Assembly (NCBI GenBank): GCA_021513715.1 | Contig: CP084167.1 | Coordinates: forward strand, 1,696,001-1,760,000 | Direction of reading: 5' to 3' | DNA: 64,000 bases | Source: Candidatus Heimdallarchaeum endolithica | GTDB taxonomy: Archaea > Asgardarchaeota > Heimdallarchaeia > Heimdallarchaeales > Heimdallarchaeaceae | Shown here: positions 38,403 to 49,676 of the stretch, piece by piece | How positions within the stretch are numbered: position 1 is the first letter of the stretch | Layout: each line of letters starts with the position of its first letter | Made by a program: the position numbers and the translations under genes | The notes under the pieces: model-generated | Databases searched by the model: none | What the model saw: only the letters and a program-made list of their open reading frames with translations | Told to the model about the DNA's origin: nothing

Positions 38403-39821
38403 TTGTTAGTATTATCAAGTTGTCAATATTGTGGTAATAAAGCTCAATATTATTGTACAAATTGTGGAAAATTACTATGTGCAGATCACGTAACAGTAGC
38501 CCACACCGTTTACTACTGCAAAAATTGTGATTTAGAAGTATATGAAGAACAATGTCCTAAATGTGAAAATAAAGCAGAATTTTCTAGAAATGATAATGTA
38601 CTTTTATGTGAATGGTGCAAAACACCCACTGTAGTCGATGGTTACGCTTATCATCAGCAATTACCAGAAAAAATATTTAGTTCAATACTTCGAATAAATA
38701 AAAAGATAGCTGATTTACTTTATTTAACAGATAGATACCACAAATTAGTAGATGAGATACTGAAAGTCAGATATGCTAAAATAAAATTATTTCCAGATAT
38801 AGAAGATGATCTTTCCATATTAAGAACAAAAATAGACAACTTAATCAAAAAACTAAGAATTATTAGTGACAGTTTATTTTTGAAAATAAACAAGAAATTA
38901 CAATCATTAAACTATCTTAGATCTCCAAATTTGAACAATCTTGAACCAGCTGAAGAATTAATTAATTATTTAGACAAAAACTATGAATCTTTAGAACATA
39001 GCTTACATCTTAAAATTGAACAAATAGAGGAATATTTTGCAGCTATAGGCAAAAAGGTTGATTTTCTTAATTATCAATATACTCTTTTAAAAATAATATA
39101 CAGGATTATTCCTGAAGTTGAAGGAGAAGAATTAATTGCAATTATTCCTAGAATGTGGATAAAAAAGGGTGTAAAACTTCCTAAGCGTTTTGTATTTGTT
39201 TTCACAAATAAAAATATATATCTCTTGAGAGAAAAAGGAATGTTTCGTACAATGCTAAAATTGAAAGAAAAAATTGATCTCTCAAATGTAAGATTAGTTT
39301 CAGAATCTCAAACATTATTGAAAGGAAAGGTTGTAAAGATTTCAACATTACTTTCGCAATATTCATTGTTTGGGAGAGATATTGCTATTTCAGAGTTATC
39401 AAAATATTTCAGTATCTATTATGAATACTTCAAATACTCTACAAGTGACCTCACAGTAATTAATGAATTCAAATATTATAATTTGTCTGTAAAAGATTTA
39501 AGGGAAGCAATAAATAAATACCTCAACAATCTCCGTGTTTCTCTTCTTAAAAAGAGAGAAATAAAAAAAGAAATAATGTATAAAAATAGTTTAGTAGCAA
39601 GACGACAACAGATATTACAACGATTAGCAAATATAAGACGTAAAATCCAAGAAATAACACAATCTAGAGCCGGGAGATACCAAAGTCCCAAAGTTTTCAA
39701 CAACTTGTTACAGAGACTTATGGAAGAGCAATCTCGTTTAGAAAAAGAAATAAGAATGAATGATGCCAAAATCAGAGAGATAGATGAATTGTGGGGTGTT
39801 TTTTATGATCAAGTTTCTTAA
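38403..39821 (+). CDS. Zinc-finger (B-box-like) / coiled-coil / PH-like domain protein
   Basis: CxxC-x7-CxxC-x4-CxxH plus three more CxxC, a helical region, FVFTNKNIYL (PH-like) and a C-terminal coiled coil. Confidence 0.6.
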   Translation: MLVLSSCQYCGNKAQYYCTNCGKLLCADHVTVAHTVYYCKNCDLEVYEEQCPKCENKAEFSRNDNVLLCEWCKTPTVVDGYAYHQQLPEKIFSSILRINKKIADLLYLTDRYHKLVDEILKVRYAKIKLFPDIEDDLSILRTKIDNLIKKLRIISDSLFLKINKKLQSLNYLRSPNLNNLEPAEELINYLDKNYESLEHSLHLKIEQIEEYFAAIGKKVDFLNYQYTLLKIIYRIIPEVEGEELIAIIPRMWIKKGVKLPKRFVFVFTNKNIYLLREKGMFRTMLKLKEKIDLSNVRLVSESQTLLKGKVVKISTLLSQYSLFGRDIAISELSKYFSIYYEYFKYSTSDLTVINEFKYYNLSVKDLREAINKYLNNLRVSLLKKREIKKEIMYKNSLVARRQQILQRLANIRRKIQEITQSRAGRYQSPKVFNNLLQRLMEEQSRLEKEIRMNDAKIREIDELWGVFYDQVS

Positions 39822-39905
39822 CCCCCCTTTTTCTTTCCTATTAATATAGAAAAACTAATAAGGACTGTAATTAACTCTATTTTAGTTAATTCAAGAGTTG
39901 AAAAA

Positions 39906-41054
39906 ATGAATCCAATTCCTGTTGTAGATGTGAATATTAAAGAGAAAGAGTTAGAAGCAGTGAAAAAAGTAATTGAAAGCAAATATCTTGTAGAGGGTAA
40001 AAACGCAAGAGAATTCGAAAATAAATTCGCTAAATTCACGGGTGCAAAGTATGTTACTACAGTTGTAAACGGAACAGCTGCTCTACATCTTGCATTGACT
40101 GCATTAGATATTGGTCCTGGAGATGAGGTTATAACTACTCCTTTTACTTTTATTGCTTCGTCGAATGCTATTCTTTTTAATGGAGGAATACCAATTTTTG
40201 TTGATGTTGATAAAGAGACTTTTAACATAGACCCAGAGAAAATTGAGGACGCAATTACTGAAAAAACAAAAGCCATTCTTCCCGTACATATTTTTGGAAA
40301 TCCATGTGATATGAAAGCTATAGCTGATATAGCAGAAGATCATGATTTAATAGTAATTGAGGATTGTGCCCAAGCACATGATGCAAGGATTGATGGTATT
40401 CATACTGGAAATTTTGGACAGATCGGTTCATTCTCTTTCTATGGAACGAAAAACCTAATAGGGGGAGAAGGTGGGGCAGTAATCTGTAATGATGAAGAAC
40501 TTTTTGAAAAAATAAAAAGTATAAAAAATCATGGAAGAAGCCCAAAAGGGGGATATTATCATTATAGGATTGGTTTTAATTATCGAACAACAGATATGTC
40601 AGCAGCTATTATGAACGTACAAATGGATAGAGCTCAAGAAATTTTAGAAAGAAGGCATAAGAATGGAGAACTTTATAGAAAGTTACTTTCAGAACAAGAA
40701 AATTTAATGATACAAAAAGTTCTTCCTGGCCATCAACACAGTGACTACATAATGACTCCTATAATACTAAATGAACAAGTGAAAACTGAAGATATTATTA
40801 GCTACTTAAAAGAGAATGGTATTTCATCAAGAACAATTTACTCGATTCTTTCTTATGAACAACCATCGTATACAGATCTTTCAAATTGGCACATGTCTCG
40901 TGTTGTTAACTACCCTGATTATTCTAAAGTATCTTGTCCTAATGCAGAATTTTTAGCAAGAAACCACTTTGAAATCCCGATGGTATCCACACTTTCAGAT
41001 AAAGAAATTGCTTTCATTGTAGAGAAAATAAATGATTTCTTTAAAAAAAAATAA
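39906..41054 (+). CDS. DegT/DnrJ/EryC1/StrS aminotransferase
   Basis: NGTAALH, EDCAQAH and SFYGTKN motifs. Confidence 0.94.
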   Translation: MNPIPVVDVNIKEKELEAVKKVIESKYLVEGKNAREFENKFAKFTGAKYVTTVVNGTAALHLALTALDIGPGDEVITTPFTFIASSNAILFNGGIPIFVDVDKETFNIDPEKIEDAITEKTKAILPVHIFGNPCDMKAIADIAEDHDLIVIEDCAQAHDARIDGIHTGNFGQIGSFSFYGTKNLIGGEGGAVICNDEELFEKIKSIKNHGRSPKGGYYHYRIGFNYRTTDMSAAIMNVQMDRAQEILERRHKNGELYRKLLSEQENLMIQKVLPGHQHSDYIMTPIILNEQVKTEDIISYLKENGISSRTIYSILSYEQPSYTDLSNWHMSRVVNYPDYSKVSCPNAEFLARNHFEIPMVSTLSDKEIAFIVEKINDFFKKK

Positions 41055-41178
41055 TATAAACTTCTAAAAAACAATTTTTTCTTTTTTTCTGAATTTTCCT
41101 ATTTTTCTTATAACCAAAAAAAAGGAAATTCAATCTTTTTCCAAAACATTTTTTTGCTCTTACTGAAAACAATAATCA

Positions 41179-42108
41179 ATGAGTAACTTACCGTCAGAGT
41201 TTCCTTTGTATCTTAGTAATATTTCAGTAAAAGAAAAAGACACTCCAGAACTAGTCTTAACATATGAGGGAGATGAAACCCTCGTTGACAAACTATTTCT
41301 AATTGGAAAAAATAATGGCTTACCTGACAACATTAATGCAGCCATTCCTTTTGAACAAAAAAAACTAAAAGGAAGAGTAGTCTTTCAGATCACTATCCCG
41401 ATCTACGAAGATGGAGAATTCCAGGCTGTTGTGGAATATGAAGATGGATATATTTATGAACCAGGGCAAGCTCACAGTATAGTTTTTAGAGGAAAAGGTA
41501 TCTTTTTGGACTTTAGAAAAATATATCACCTACAAAAAGAAGTTTTAAGACCAAAAGGAGCACCTAAACCAACAAAAAAAGAAGCAGAAACGGAAAAAAT
41601 TGAAACCATCAAAGAGGAAAAAAAGGCTACTTCAACTCTTGAAAAGAAGAAAGAAATAGCTCCTATTGCTGATAAAGATAATCTACTAAAAGTTCAACCA
41701 AAGGATTTTAGAAACTTTGATAAAAATCTTAAAGCTAAACTGCTCCAAATACTGGATTACTTAGCTAATGATAAAAGCAAAAAACTAATTCTAGACACTG
41801 TAATTCTGCCAGATATATCTAGAACACTCAAAAGATTAATTTTGGAGGAAATGAGAAAAAGTGTCTACGAAGCATGTTTTCCTGTAATTGTATTAATTGA
41901 GAAAGCTCTGATATTGGGCGGTATGGTTTTCCAAGTAATTTTTACTGAAGAAACCTATGAGGAATATAAAAAAGAAATTGTTGAAAAAATCCCAGAAATA
42001 AAAGAAAGAATCAACCATATTGAGTTTGAACCCACAAATACAATGATAAAAGTAAAATATGATAAAGATAAGCATTCCTTTAAGAAAATGTTATATCACC
42101 AGATATAG
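41179..42108 (+). CDS. Hypothetical two-domain protein
   Basis: 309-aa ORF; beta-rich N-domain, K/E linker and helical C-domain. Confidence 0.75.
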   Translation: MSNLPSEFPLYLSNISVKEKDTPELVLTYEGDETLVDKLFLIGKNNGLPDNINAAIPFEQKKLKGRVVFQITIPIYEDGEFQAVVEYEDGYIYEPGQAHSIVFRGKGIFLDFRKIYHLQKEVLRPKGAPKPTKKEAETEKIETIKEEKKATSTLEKKKEIAPIADKDNLLKVQPKDFRNFDKNLKAKLLQILDYLANDKSKKLILDTVILPDISRTLKRLILEEMRKSVYEACFPVIVLIEKALILGGMVFQVIFTEETYEEYKKEIVEKIPEIKERINHIEFEPTNTMIKVKYDKDKHSFKKMLYHQI

Positions 42109-42140
42109 TTCTTTTTTTTATTTTCAAAAAAAATAAAAAA

Positions 42141-43256
42141 CTAGTGGGTGTCTAATTTAACTTTTTTTACTTTATACTGATGATAAGCTGTTAACACTCT
42201 AATGAACCCATTATTTAATTCGGGAATATCCACTTCACCATTTAAGTCAATTTTAATGCTTTCAATTGTTTGAATCTTTGAACTTGTTGAAACAACTATA
42301 AGATTAACTTTCTTACAACTATTAATTACTCTTGCACTTATTTGTTGATTCCCCCTACCCAAGAGAAAACCTTGTCCTCCAATAGGTGACAGAAGGATTT
42401 TAACTTCTTTATCTTTCACCAGTTCATATAACTTCTCCTCATCAACATCTTTTGAAACAATTCGTCCATTCTCCATAAAATCTACGCCCAAAAGAGTTTT
42501 ATCGAAACCCAAATATTTCATTACTTGATAAATTGTACTCCCTGTACCTAGTATAACTGATCCGTTTAATATATTGTAACTAATTTTTAGATCCTCTGCA
42601 ATAGATTCATATTCAATTTCATCACTGTGTCCTGTAGGAATCTTTCCTCCTTGTATCAGACCGCTCTTTACAGGCGTTAGAACAGAACCAAAAAAATTTG
42701 CTGAAACTTGTCCATTTCTGAATAGTTCTTCATCAACGTCAAGAACATCTTCTAAAGTGTATTGAATTTCGCCATTTTCTATTGCTTTGATTATCTCTCC
42801 TAGATAAGTGGGATATTGCAAGAAACAACCACTAAACATTTTCACTCCAGAAGGTATACCCACTATAGGAACTTGTTGCTTAACCACTGTTAATATGTCT
42901 CTAGCTGTTCCATCTCCTCCAACAAAAACAATTAAATCAACCTTTTTATCTAAAAACAATTTACAAGCATTTTTTGTATCTTCAGCTGTTGTATGATTCT
43001 TAGAAAATAAATATACTAATTCTTTTTTAAAAGGATAATTTTGCAGTATTGATTCACCCATAGGATCTGAACAATAGTAGAAAAAAAGTGATTGTTTTTT
43101 AGAAATTGAAGAAAGAGCCTTATTTACTCTTTCATAAGCATATTTTTCTTTTTCAAAGATAGTCCATGCTTCTTCTATTCCATCAGTTCCTTTCCAAGCT
43201 CTTTTTCCTCCAATCCCTGCAATTGGGTTAATTATAAAACCGATTTTAATTGTCAT
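42141..43256 (-). CDS. ATP-NAD kinase / AcoX-like family protein
   Basis: NPIAGIGG, GGDGTARD and GQGFLLGRGNQQ motifs. Confidence 0.88.
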   Translation of the reverse strand: MTIKIGFIINPIAGIGGKRAWKGTDGIEEAWTIFEKEKYAYERVNKALSSISKKQSLFFYYCSDPMGESILQNYPFKKELVYLFSKNHTTAEDTKNACKLFLDKKVDLIVFVGGDGTARDILTVVKQQVPIVGIPSGVKMFSGCFLQYPTYLGEIIKAIENGEIQYTLEDVLDVDEELFRNGQVSANFFGSVLTPVKSGLIQGGKIPTGHSDEIEYESIAEDLKISYNILNGSVILGTGSTIYQVMKYLGFDKTLLGVDFMENGRIVSKDVDEEKLYELVKDKEVKILLSPIGGQGFLLGRGNQQISARVINSCKKVNLIVVSTSSKIQTIESIKIDLNGEVDIPELNNGFIRVLTAYHQYKVKKVKLDTH

Positions 43257-43395
43257 TGAAAAGGAATTAAGTATAAGGAATTTTAATTTTCCGCATTACC
43301 AAAAAAAAAGAAAGAGAAGAGGTCAATTTAATAATTTACTTTTCTTGAAAGTTACACATTAAAAAAACTTAAAACAATATCAAAAAAGTTATCTT

Positions 43396-43767
43396 GTGAT
43401 TACCTTAAAGAAAAAAGACTTGCTAATATATTATGGTGGAGCTTATTTACTAGTCGCCATACTTGAAACATTATTATTTACTACTATTCATGGAAGTTGG
43501 ACTTTCAGGAACATAATACTAAATTTTAGTATTTGGGGAATTATCTGGCTAATATCAATGTTTGCTTATCCTTCACTAATTACCGATGCAAACAGTGAAA
43601 TGTTAGCATTATCGCCATATTTTTCACTTCTTGGTTATGTAATCATCATTTTAGTTTTCTATGTAGTTTTTAGAGTTCATAAACAAAAAGTGGAAAAAAA
43701 ATTAGGGAAAAAATTATCCTTTGGAAAACTTATGGATTTATACTTCCCCATTAAAGAAGAAACATAA
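43396..43767 (+). CDS. Small membrane protein
   Basis: Three hydrophobic segments. Confidence 0.65.
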   Translation: MITLKKKDLLIYYGGAYLLVAILETLLFTTIHGSWTFRNIILNFSIWGIIWLISMFAYPSLITDANSEMLALSPYFSLLGYVIIILVFYVVFRVHKQKVEKKLGKKLSFGKLMDLYFPIKEET

Positions 43768-43871
43768 ACTCCTTTTTCTTATTGTTAGAATAGAGAGTTC
43801 TTTTTTTGAGTTGCATACAAACCAATAATTTTATTTTAACTCAATATAATTAACAATAAAAGGTGTAATTT

Positions 43872-45077
43872 ATGAAAATATCAAATAGAGCTTCTAGTTT
43901 TAGTTATGCAATCCGAGACATCTTATCTGTAGCTAAAGAAGTAGAAGAAAAAGGACACAAACTAATAAAATTAAACATCGGAGATCCTATTAAGTATGAC
44001 TTTAAAACTCCGGACATATTAACCGAACAATTAAAATATGCAAAAACAGAAAATTACAATTTTTATGCTGATTCTCAAGGTTTACCTGAATTTAGAGAAC
44101 AAGTAGCAAATTATGAAAATAGAAAACATGGATTAAATATTTCTAAAGAAAATGTACTAGCTACTTCAGGAGTAAGTGAAGGTATTGCTTTTACATTCAT
44201 GGCTTTCACAAATGAGGGAGATGATGTATTAATTCCAGGAATACATTATCCTAGTTATTCTGGAAATTCTTCAATCTATGGAACCAATTCAATATTCTAT
44301 AAGACTGTAGTTGAAGAAAACTTTTACCCTGACCCTGATGAAATCCGTTCTCTTATGACAGAAAAAACAAAGCTGGTATTTCTTAATACACCTAATAATC
44401 CTACTGGAAGTGTCTATCCTGAAAAGGTTATTAAAGAGATTGTTGATATAGTTGGAGAATATGATGCTTGCATTGTTTCTGATGAAACTTATGACCAACT
44501 AATTTTAGATGATGAACTTAAACACGTTCCTACAGCAAAAGTGGCAAAAGATGTTCCAGTAATAGCTTATAATGGTTTTAGTAAAGTTTTTTTGGCTCCC
44601 GGGTGGAGATTAGGCTATATTTATGTTCATGATCCTGAGGGAAAAATAGAAGAACCTTGGGAAGGAATCAATAAATTAGCCAGAATTCGTTTATGTGCTT
44701 CCACACCTTTACAAAAAGCAGGAACAGAAGCTCTAAAAGTTGACCAAAGCGTTTACTTACCAAAAGTAATTGAAGATTTGAGAAAAAGAAGAGATTTAAT
44801 GTATAATAGATTAAAAGAAATGGATAGCATTTCTGTTTATAAGCCTCAAGCAGCTTTCTACATCTTTCCAGTACTTAACATGGAACAATTTACTTGGAAA
44901 AATGATAAGGAATTTGTTATAGATTTTCTAAAAAAGAAACATGTATTAACAGTCTTTGGCACTGGTTTTGGTCCATACGGGAAAAATGGTTTTCGTATGG
45001 TCTTTTTACCTACAGCTGAAGAAATAGATGAATCAATGAACAGACTTGAGGAAATATTAAAAGAAAATAGAAAGTGA
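43872..45077 (+). CDS. Class I/II aminotransferase (AlaAT-like)
   Basis: LNIGDP, NNPTG, DETYD and SKVFLAPGWRLG motifs. Confidence 0.93.
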   Translation: MKISNRASSFSYAIRDILSVAKEVEEKGHKLIKLNIGDPIKYDFKTPDILTEQLKYAKTENYNFYADSQGLPEFREQVANYENRKHGLNISKENVLATSGVSEGIAFTFMAFTNEGDDVLIPGIHYPSYSGNSSIYGTNSIFYKTVVEENFYPDPDEIRSLMTEKTKLVFLNTPNNPTGSVYPEKVIKEIVDIVGEYDACIVSDETYDQLILDDELKHVPTAKVAKDVPVIAYNGFSKVFLAPGWRLGYIYVHDPEGKIEEPWEGINKLARIRLCASTPLQKAGTEALKVDQSVYLPKVIEDLRKRRDLMYNRLKEMDSISVYKPQAAFYIFPVLNMEQFTWKNDKEFVIDFLKKKHVLTVFGTGFGPYGKNGFRMVFLPTAEEIDESMNRLEEILKENRK

Positions 45078-45087
45078 GAAAGTGTTT

Positions 45088-46062
45088 TTACTCTGCTCCT
45101 ACTTCTTCTTTTGTTTTTTTCAAATTTTGTGAAATAGATGTTAAGCCAATACCTATTATCACTATTAATGCATAAGCAAGGGTGATTAATTCTGGAATTT
45201 GATCTAAAAAAACTATACCTAAAATAGTGGCCCCGATAGGTTCTGCAACTATTACAGTCCCTACAATAAAAGCAGGAATTTTTCTAAGAGAGTAATTATA
45301 CGTAGCATGACCAATAAGTGATGGTCCTAAAGCCATTAGTATAATAAATAAAAATGCCTTTCCTGGAAAAACAAAACTATTACGCTGGACTAAATTATAA
45401 AACATTAAAGCAACAGCAGAAACTATGTTTACAACTCCAAAATAAGGCCATAGTGGAGAATCCTTTAAAATCTTCTTTCCTATTAAGAAATAGAAACTTA
45501 CAGTGACTGCACCTATAACAGCTAAAATACCACCTAGCAAAGGGTTAATCGAATCAGAAGATTGAGAAGTTGAGAGCGTTAATAAAACACTACCTACAAT
45601 GGCAATAACTATTCCAGTAACCCCTATCCAGTTAACCCTTTCTCTAAAGAATAAAAAACCAAAAATAGCCATAAAAATAGGAACAGTATCTACCAGTGTT
45701 GTAGAGATTGCAACAGAAATAAAGCGTAATGACAAAAACCAAGTTGCAAAATGAATTCCTAAAAGAATACCAGAAAGAACTATCCAATGATATCTCTTTA
45801 TAGTTTTTTCTGATTTTAACCATTTTACATCCTTATTCATTATCGAAATAACAAGGGCGCCAATTCCAGCAAATAAAGTTCTATACATTGCTACAATTTC
45901 AGAAGAAACATCATATTTTTGAATTAAAACAACAAGAGGAGCAGCAAATGAAACAGCAATAATCGCTATAAATAAAAGAATAAAAGGGATGTATTTTTTT
46001 ATCCAAGTGCTGTTTCGAATTTTTTTCATTTGTACCATTCCAAGCTTCTCTGCGTTCAACAA
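45088..46062 (-). CDS. DMT/EamA family transporter
   Basis: About 10 TM helices; HFATWF and EPIGATIL motifs. Confidence 0.9.
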   Translation of the reverse strand: MLNAEKLGMVQMKKIRNSTWIKKYIPFILLFIAIIAVSFAAPLVVLIQKYDVSSEIVAMYRTLFAGIGALVISIMNKDVKWLKSEKTIKRYHWIVLSGILLGIHFATWFLSLRFISVAISTTLVDTVPIFMAIFGFLFFRERVNWIGVTGIVIAIVGSVLLTLSTSQSSDSINPLLGGILAVIGAVTVSFYFLIGKKILKDSPLWPYFGVVNIVSAVALMFYNLVQRNSFVFPGKAFLFIILMALGPSLIGHATYNYSLRKIPAFIVGTVIVAEPIGATILGIVFLDQIPELITLAYALIVIIGIGLTSISQNLKKTKEEVGAE

Positions 46063-46077
46063 AGCAAATTTTTCCTT

Positions 46078-47313
46078 TTAAGCTCCAAACTTTTCTACTA
46101 AGTGTAACTCATTTAATAGCAATTTCATTAGATGTTTTCCTTTAATTCTTCCTAATCCACCATTATATGCATAACGTTCTCCAAAATGCTTAACATCGTC
46201 TTTCACACAAGTTGGAGAACAAATTATTAGTGGAACTGGATCTGCAGAATGGTCCTTAAAAGAACAAGGAGTACTGTGATCTCCAGAGATCATTATAACT
46301 AGCTCTTCTTTAAATTTTTCAGGAAGAAATCTATATAGCTCTTTGTCAACTTTCTCAATAAATTCAACCTTTCCATTGTAATTTCCATCATGTCCATAAT
46401 TATCCGTTCCTTTAAAGTGTAAAAATATAAAATCATGAGTCTTTAAAAGATCAAAAGCAGTTTCAGCTTTTAAACTTACATCAGTATCTGTTCCTCCAGT
46501 CATTCCATCTTTTTCAATTATTTCCATCCCAAGCATTCGAGCAACACCTTTGTATAGTCCTCCACCAGCTACACAAGCTGTTTGCAACCCATATTCTTTC
46601 TCAAAATTTGGCAATTTTGGAACTTTTCCAGCCCCTCTAATTAATAAATAATTAGCAGCTAATTTACCTGCTTCAATTCGTTGTTTATTTAAGGAAGAGT
46701 CAGACAATATTTCGTGGGACTTCTTAGCAAACTCAGATAAAACCCTAGCAGTTTTTTCTGCTGATTCTGAATCTTCTAAAGCTTTGAATGAATATGGAGC
46801 TTTTCCTTCAACTTTAGGGTCATTAGCTGAAACTTTATCCGACAAATTTTTACCACGAAGAACTAAAGCAGCCCTATGTTCGGTACCTGCTTTCATAAGA
46901 AATTGTACGCCTTCTATCTCTATTCCATTTAGCTGTTCAATAAATTCATCTGTTCCCTCTTTTATACGTCCAGCACGCCGATCAACAATAATGCCGTTTT
47001 CATCTATCGTGGCAAAATTTACTCGAAAAGCGATATCTCCTTCTTTTACAGTCAACCCTACACCTGAAGCTTCAAATGGTCCTCGTCCAGTATAATACTG
47101 AAAAGGATCAACTCCAAATAGTGCAAGATGAGCAGTGTCACTTCCTGGTGTCTGTCCAGTTTCAATCACATCCATGATTCCAGTTACACCCAATTCAGCA
47201 AATTTATCCATATTGGGTGTTTTGGCATACTCTAAGGGAGTTTTACCACCTAATTCAGGAATTGGGCGGTCACCTAACCCATCAAGAATAATAAATAATA
47301 ATTTTCCAGTCAT
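46078..47313 (-). CDS. apgM: 2,3-BPG-independent phosphoglycerate mutase, archaeal type
   Basis: DGLGD, PGSDTAHL, GRGPFEA and GDHSTP motifs. Confidence 0.95.
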   Translation of the reverse strand: MTGKLLFIILDGLGDRPIPELGGKTPLEYAKTPNMDKFAELGVTGIMDVIETGQTPGSDTAHLALFGVDPFQYYTGRGPFEASGVGLTVKEGDIAFRVNFATIDENGIIVDRRAGRIKEGTDEFIEQLNGIEIEGVQFLMKAGTEHRAALVLRGKNLSDKVSANDPKVEGKAPYSFKALEDSESAEKTARVLSEFAKKSHEILSDSSLNKQRIEAGKLAANYLLIRGAGKVPKLPNFEKEYGLQTACVAGGGLYKGVARMLGMEIIEKDGMTGGTDTDVSLKAETAFDLLKTHDFIFLHFKGTDNYGHDGNYNGKVEFIEKVDKELYRFLPEKFKEELVIMISGDHSTPCSFKDHSADPVPLIICSPTCVKDDVKHFGERYAYNGGLGRIKGKHLMKLLLNELHLVEKFGA

Positions 47314-47459
47314 TAATGAGAAAAATTAATGAATACAAATAAATGTTGCTTTAAATCAGCAATTATTTTGAATTAATCTATTTTCTCTGTAAGAATTTAA
47401 GTAAGAAGGAGTTCTTTTATTTGTATTAAGTTAAAATATACCATTTATTGAAAAACGTA

Positions 47460-48191
47460 TTATTTCAAAAAAAATGAAAGAACGCAAATGATTATTGAAA
47501 TAAAAGAAAATAAAAAATCTTTTATTCTAAATTGCCTATTGATGCTATATTTTCGTTTGATAGAAGGGTTATATCCTTTCATGACTAGAGCTTCTGCAAA
47601 CAAAATGCTATTATTAATAGCTCTAATAAATACTGTCTTTAACATTTTTTTTAGAATAAAAAATTGGTTGATGATATTCCATCTAGGAGAAACAAATCCT
47701 TTTATTCTCCTTGAATAATTTAAAACAGATATTTCTTTTGTGAAAAGGGGTATTAGTTGGTAAAGACTGGTAAAAATAGTTGTTAATTTTTGTGGAAAGT
47801 GCATTTTGTTCATTACAATGGATAACTCATTTGTTGAAACTGTTTGAAAAAACCAAGTAATCAAACAAAATGAAGTGATAAAACGATTAAAGAAAAAATA
47901 AAACAATATTATCAATTCATACAATGTTTGTTTTTTATATAAGAAAAAAAGCCCCAATAATGAAAAGAATAGGAAAAATAAAATTATTTTTAGCAGTGTT
48001 CTTATGGGAAATTTAATGTTAACTAGCAGCAATAATGATAAAACTATAAGATAAGAATGATACCATATAGATTTTGAAGTGAATAGGATAACTAATTGAG
48101 TAATTAGAAAAACAACTTTAGTTCTTGGATCAATTGTTTTGGGTTCAATCAATCTGTTAATTGTCTTGTCTGAATCTAACATTTTTTTCAC
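47460..48191 (-). CDS. ECF transporter T component
   Basis: IDPRTK, TM helices and coupling helices (RRIKG, MKGY). Confidence 0.8.
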   Translation of the reverse strand: MKKMLDSDKTINRLIEPKTIDPRTKVVFLITQLVILFTSKSIWYHSYLIVLSLLLLVNIKFPIRTLLKIILFFLFFSLLGLFFLYKKQTLYELIILFYFFFNRFITSFCLITWFFQTVSTNELSIVMNKMHFPQKLTTIFTSLYQLIPLFTKEISVLNYSRRIKGFVSPRWNIINQFFILKKMLKTVFIRAINNSILFAEALVMKGYNPSIKRKYSINRQFRIKDFLFSFISIIICVLSFFLK

Positions 48192-49669
48192 TCTTGATCT
48201 TTAGTTTTCCTCTTAACTTTGTTTAATTGTTTATTCTTAAGAACAAATATTTCATCAGCAACTGAATTCAAAAACATTAAATCATGACTTGCAAATAATA
48301 TTATTTTTCCTTTTTCTTTTTCTTTAATTAATTGCTTTTGGAGCCATCTTTTATTTTCAAAGTCCATCCCATTTGTAATTTCATCTAGCAGAATAACCTT
48401 TGGATTATGAAAAGTAGAAGCAATAAATGCTAACCTTCCTTTTTCCCCTTCAGATAATGAAAAGGGGCTATAAAGAGAATAATTGCCCAATCCAGCTTCT
48501 TTCAATACTTCAATGATCCTTTCTTTAGCTGGAACCTTTCTTTTTAAATTTCGGAGAATTAATGTTACTTCATTCTCTACTGTTTCTTCAAAAAATTGTA
48601 ACTCTGGGTTTTGAGATACAAAACCAAAGAGAGAAGCTTTCTCCAGCCATTTAAACTTATGAATATATCTGTTATTTATTGCTATTTGGCCTTTTATGGG
48701 TTTTAAAAGACCAGTAATTAATGAGAGTAAAGTTGTCTTTCCTGTACCATTATTTCCTATAATTCCAACTATTTTTCCATTATTTATAGAAAGAGATAAA
48801 TTTTCAAAAACACTTTCTTCTCTTTCCTTATATTTAAAGTGAACTTTATCAAGTACCAAAGAAAAGGGAGTATTTTCATTTTTTGTTAATGAATTATTTT
48901 GAGGATAAATTCTCTTAATTTTCAATAGAAAAGAGTCCCTATTTTCAATTTCATTAAAACGTATTTCCGTTATTTTTTTATTTTGAATCTGAAAGATTTT
49001 AGGAGATAGAAACGAATACTTTGATATATCATGACTTGCAATTATAATTGTATATTTTTGTTCTTTTAGTTTTAGTAACAGATTTGTTGTCTTCTTCTGG
49101 TTTATCTCATCAAGATTTGCCAGAGGTTCATCTGCAATAATCAGTTCGGGGTAAGAAATAAGAGTTGAACCTAGACAAGTTTTTTGTTTTTCTCCTTCAG
49201 ATATATTTCTTGGATTTCGGGGTAGAAGTTCTTTTAGTGACAAATCCTCTGCAATTGAAAGAACCCTTACTCTAGTTTCACTTGAAGGGGTCTGTTTATA
49301 TTCTAAACCAAAAGACAACTCTTCATAAACTGTAGGTTCTGTAATAAAATTGTTTACTCGTTGAGGAATATACCCTACTTGTTCTGTAATTCTTGAAATT
49401 TTTGAAAAGAGTACATTTTTTCCATTGACATAAACTTCACCTTTTGTATCGCCCTTATAAAGGTGTGGAATCAAACCTAAAATTGAATATAAGATAGTTG
49501 ATTTTCCTGAACCACTAAAGCCAGTTAAGAGAATTGTTTCTCCTTGGTTTATCTTAAAGGACAGATTTTCTATTACATATTTCTCCCTAAAGTGATATTT
49601 AAAACTAAAGTTCTTAAACTCTACAATTGGTATATTTAAAACTGAATCAAGACCTTGCATTTGAACCAA
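48188..49669 (-). CDS. ECF transporter fused double ATPase
   Basis: Two Walker A motifs (GFSGSGKS, GNNGTGKT) and two signature/Walker B sets. Confidence 0.9.
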   Translation of the reverse strand: MVQMQGLDSVLNIPIVEFKNFSFKYHFREKYVIENLSFKINQGETILLTGFSGSGKSTILYSILGLIPHLYKGDTKGEVYVNGKNVLFSKISRITEQVGYIPQRVNNFITEPTVYEELSFGLEYKQTPSSETRVRVLSIAEDLSLKELLPRNPRNISEGEKQKTCLGSTLISYPELIIADEPLANLDEINQKKTTNLLLKLKEQKYTIIIASHDISKYSFLSPKIFQIQNKKITEIRFNEIENRDSFLLKIKRIYPQNNSLTKNENTPFSLVLDKVHFKYKEREESVFENLSLSINNGKIVGIIGNNGTGKTTLLSLITGLLKPIKGQIAINNRYIHKFKWLEKASLFGFVSQNPELQFFEETVENEVTLILRNLKRKVPAKERIIEVLKEAGLGNYSLYSPFSLSEGEKGRLAFIASTFHNPKVILLDEITNGMDFENKRWLQKQLIKEKEKGKIILFASHDLMFLNSVADEIFVLKNKQLNKVKRKTKDQE

Positions 49670-49676
49670 AACTAGC

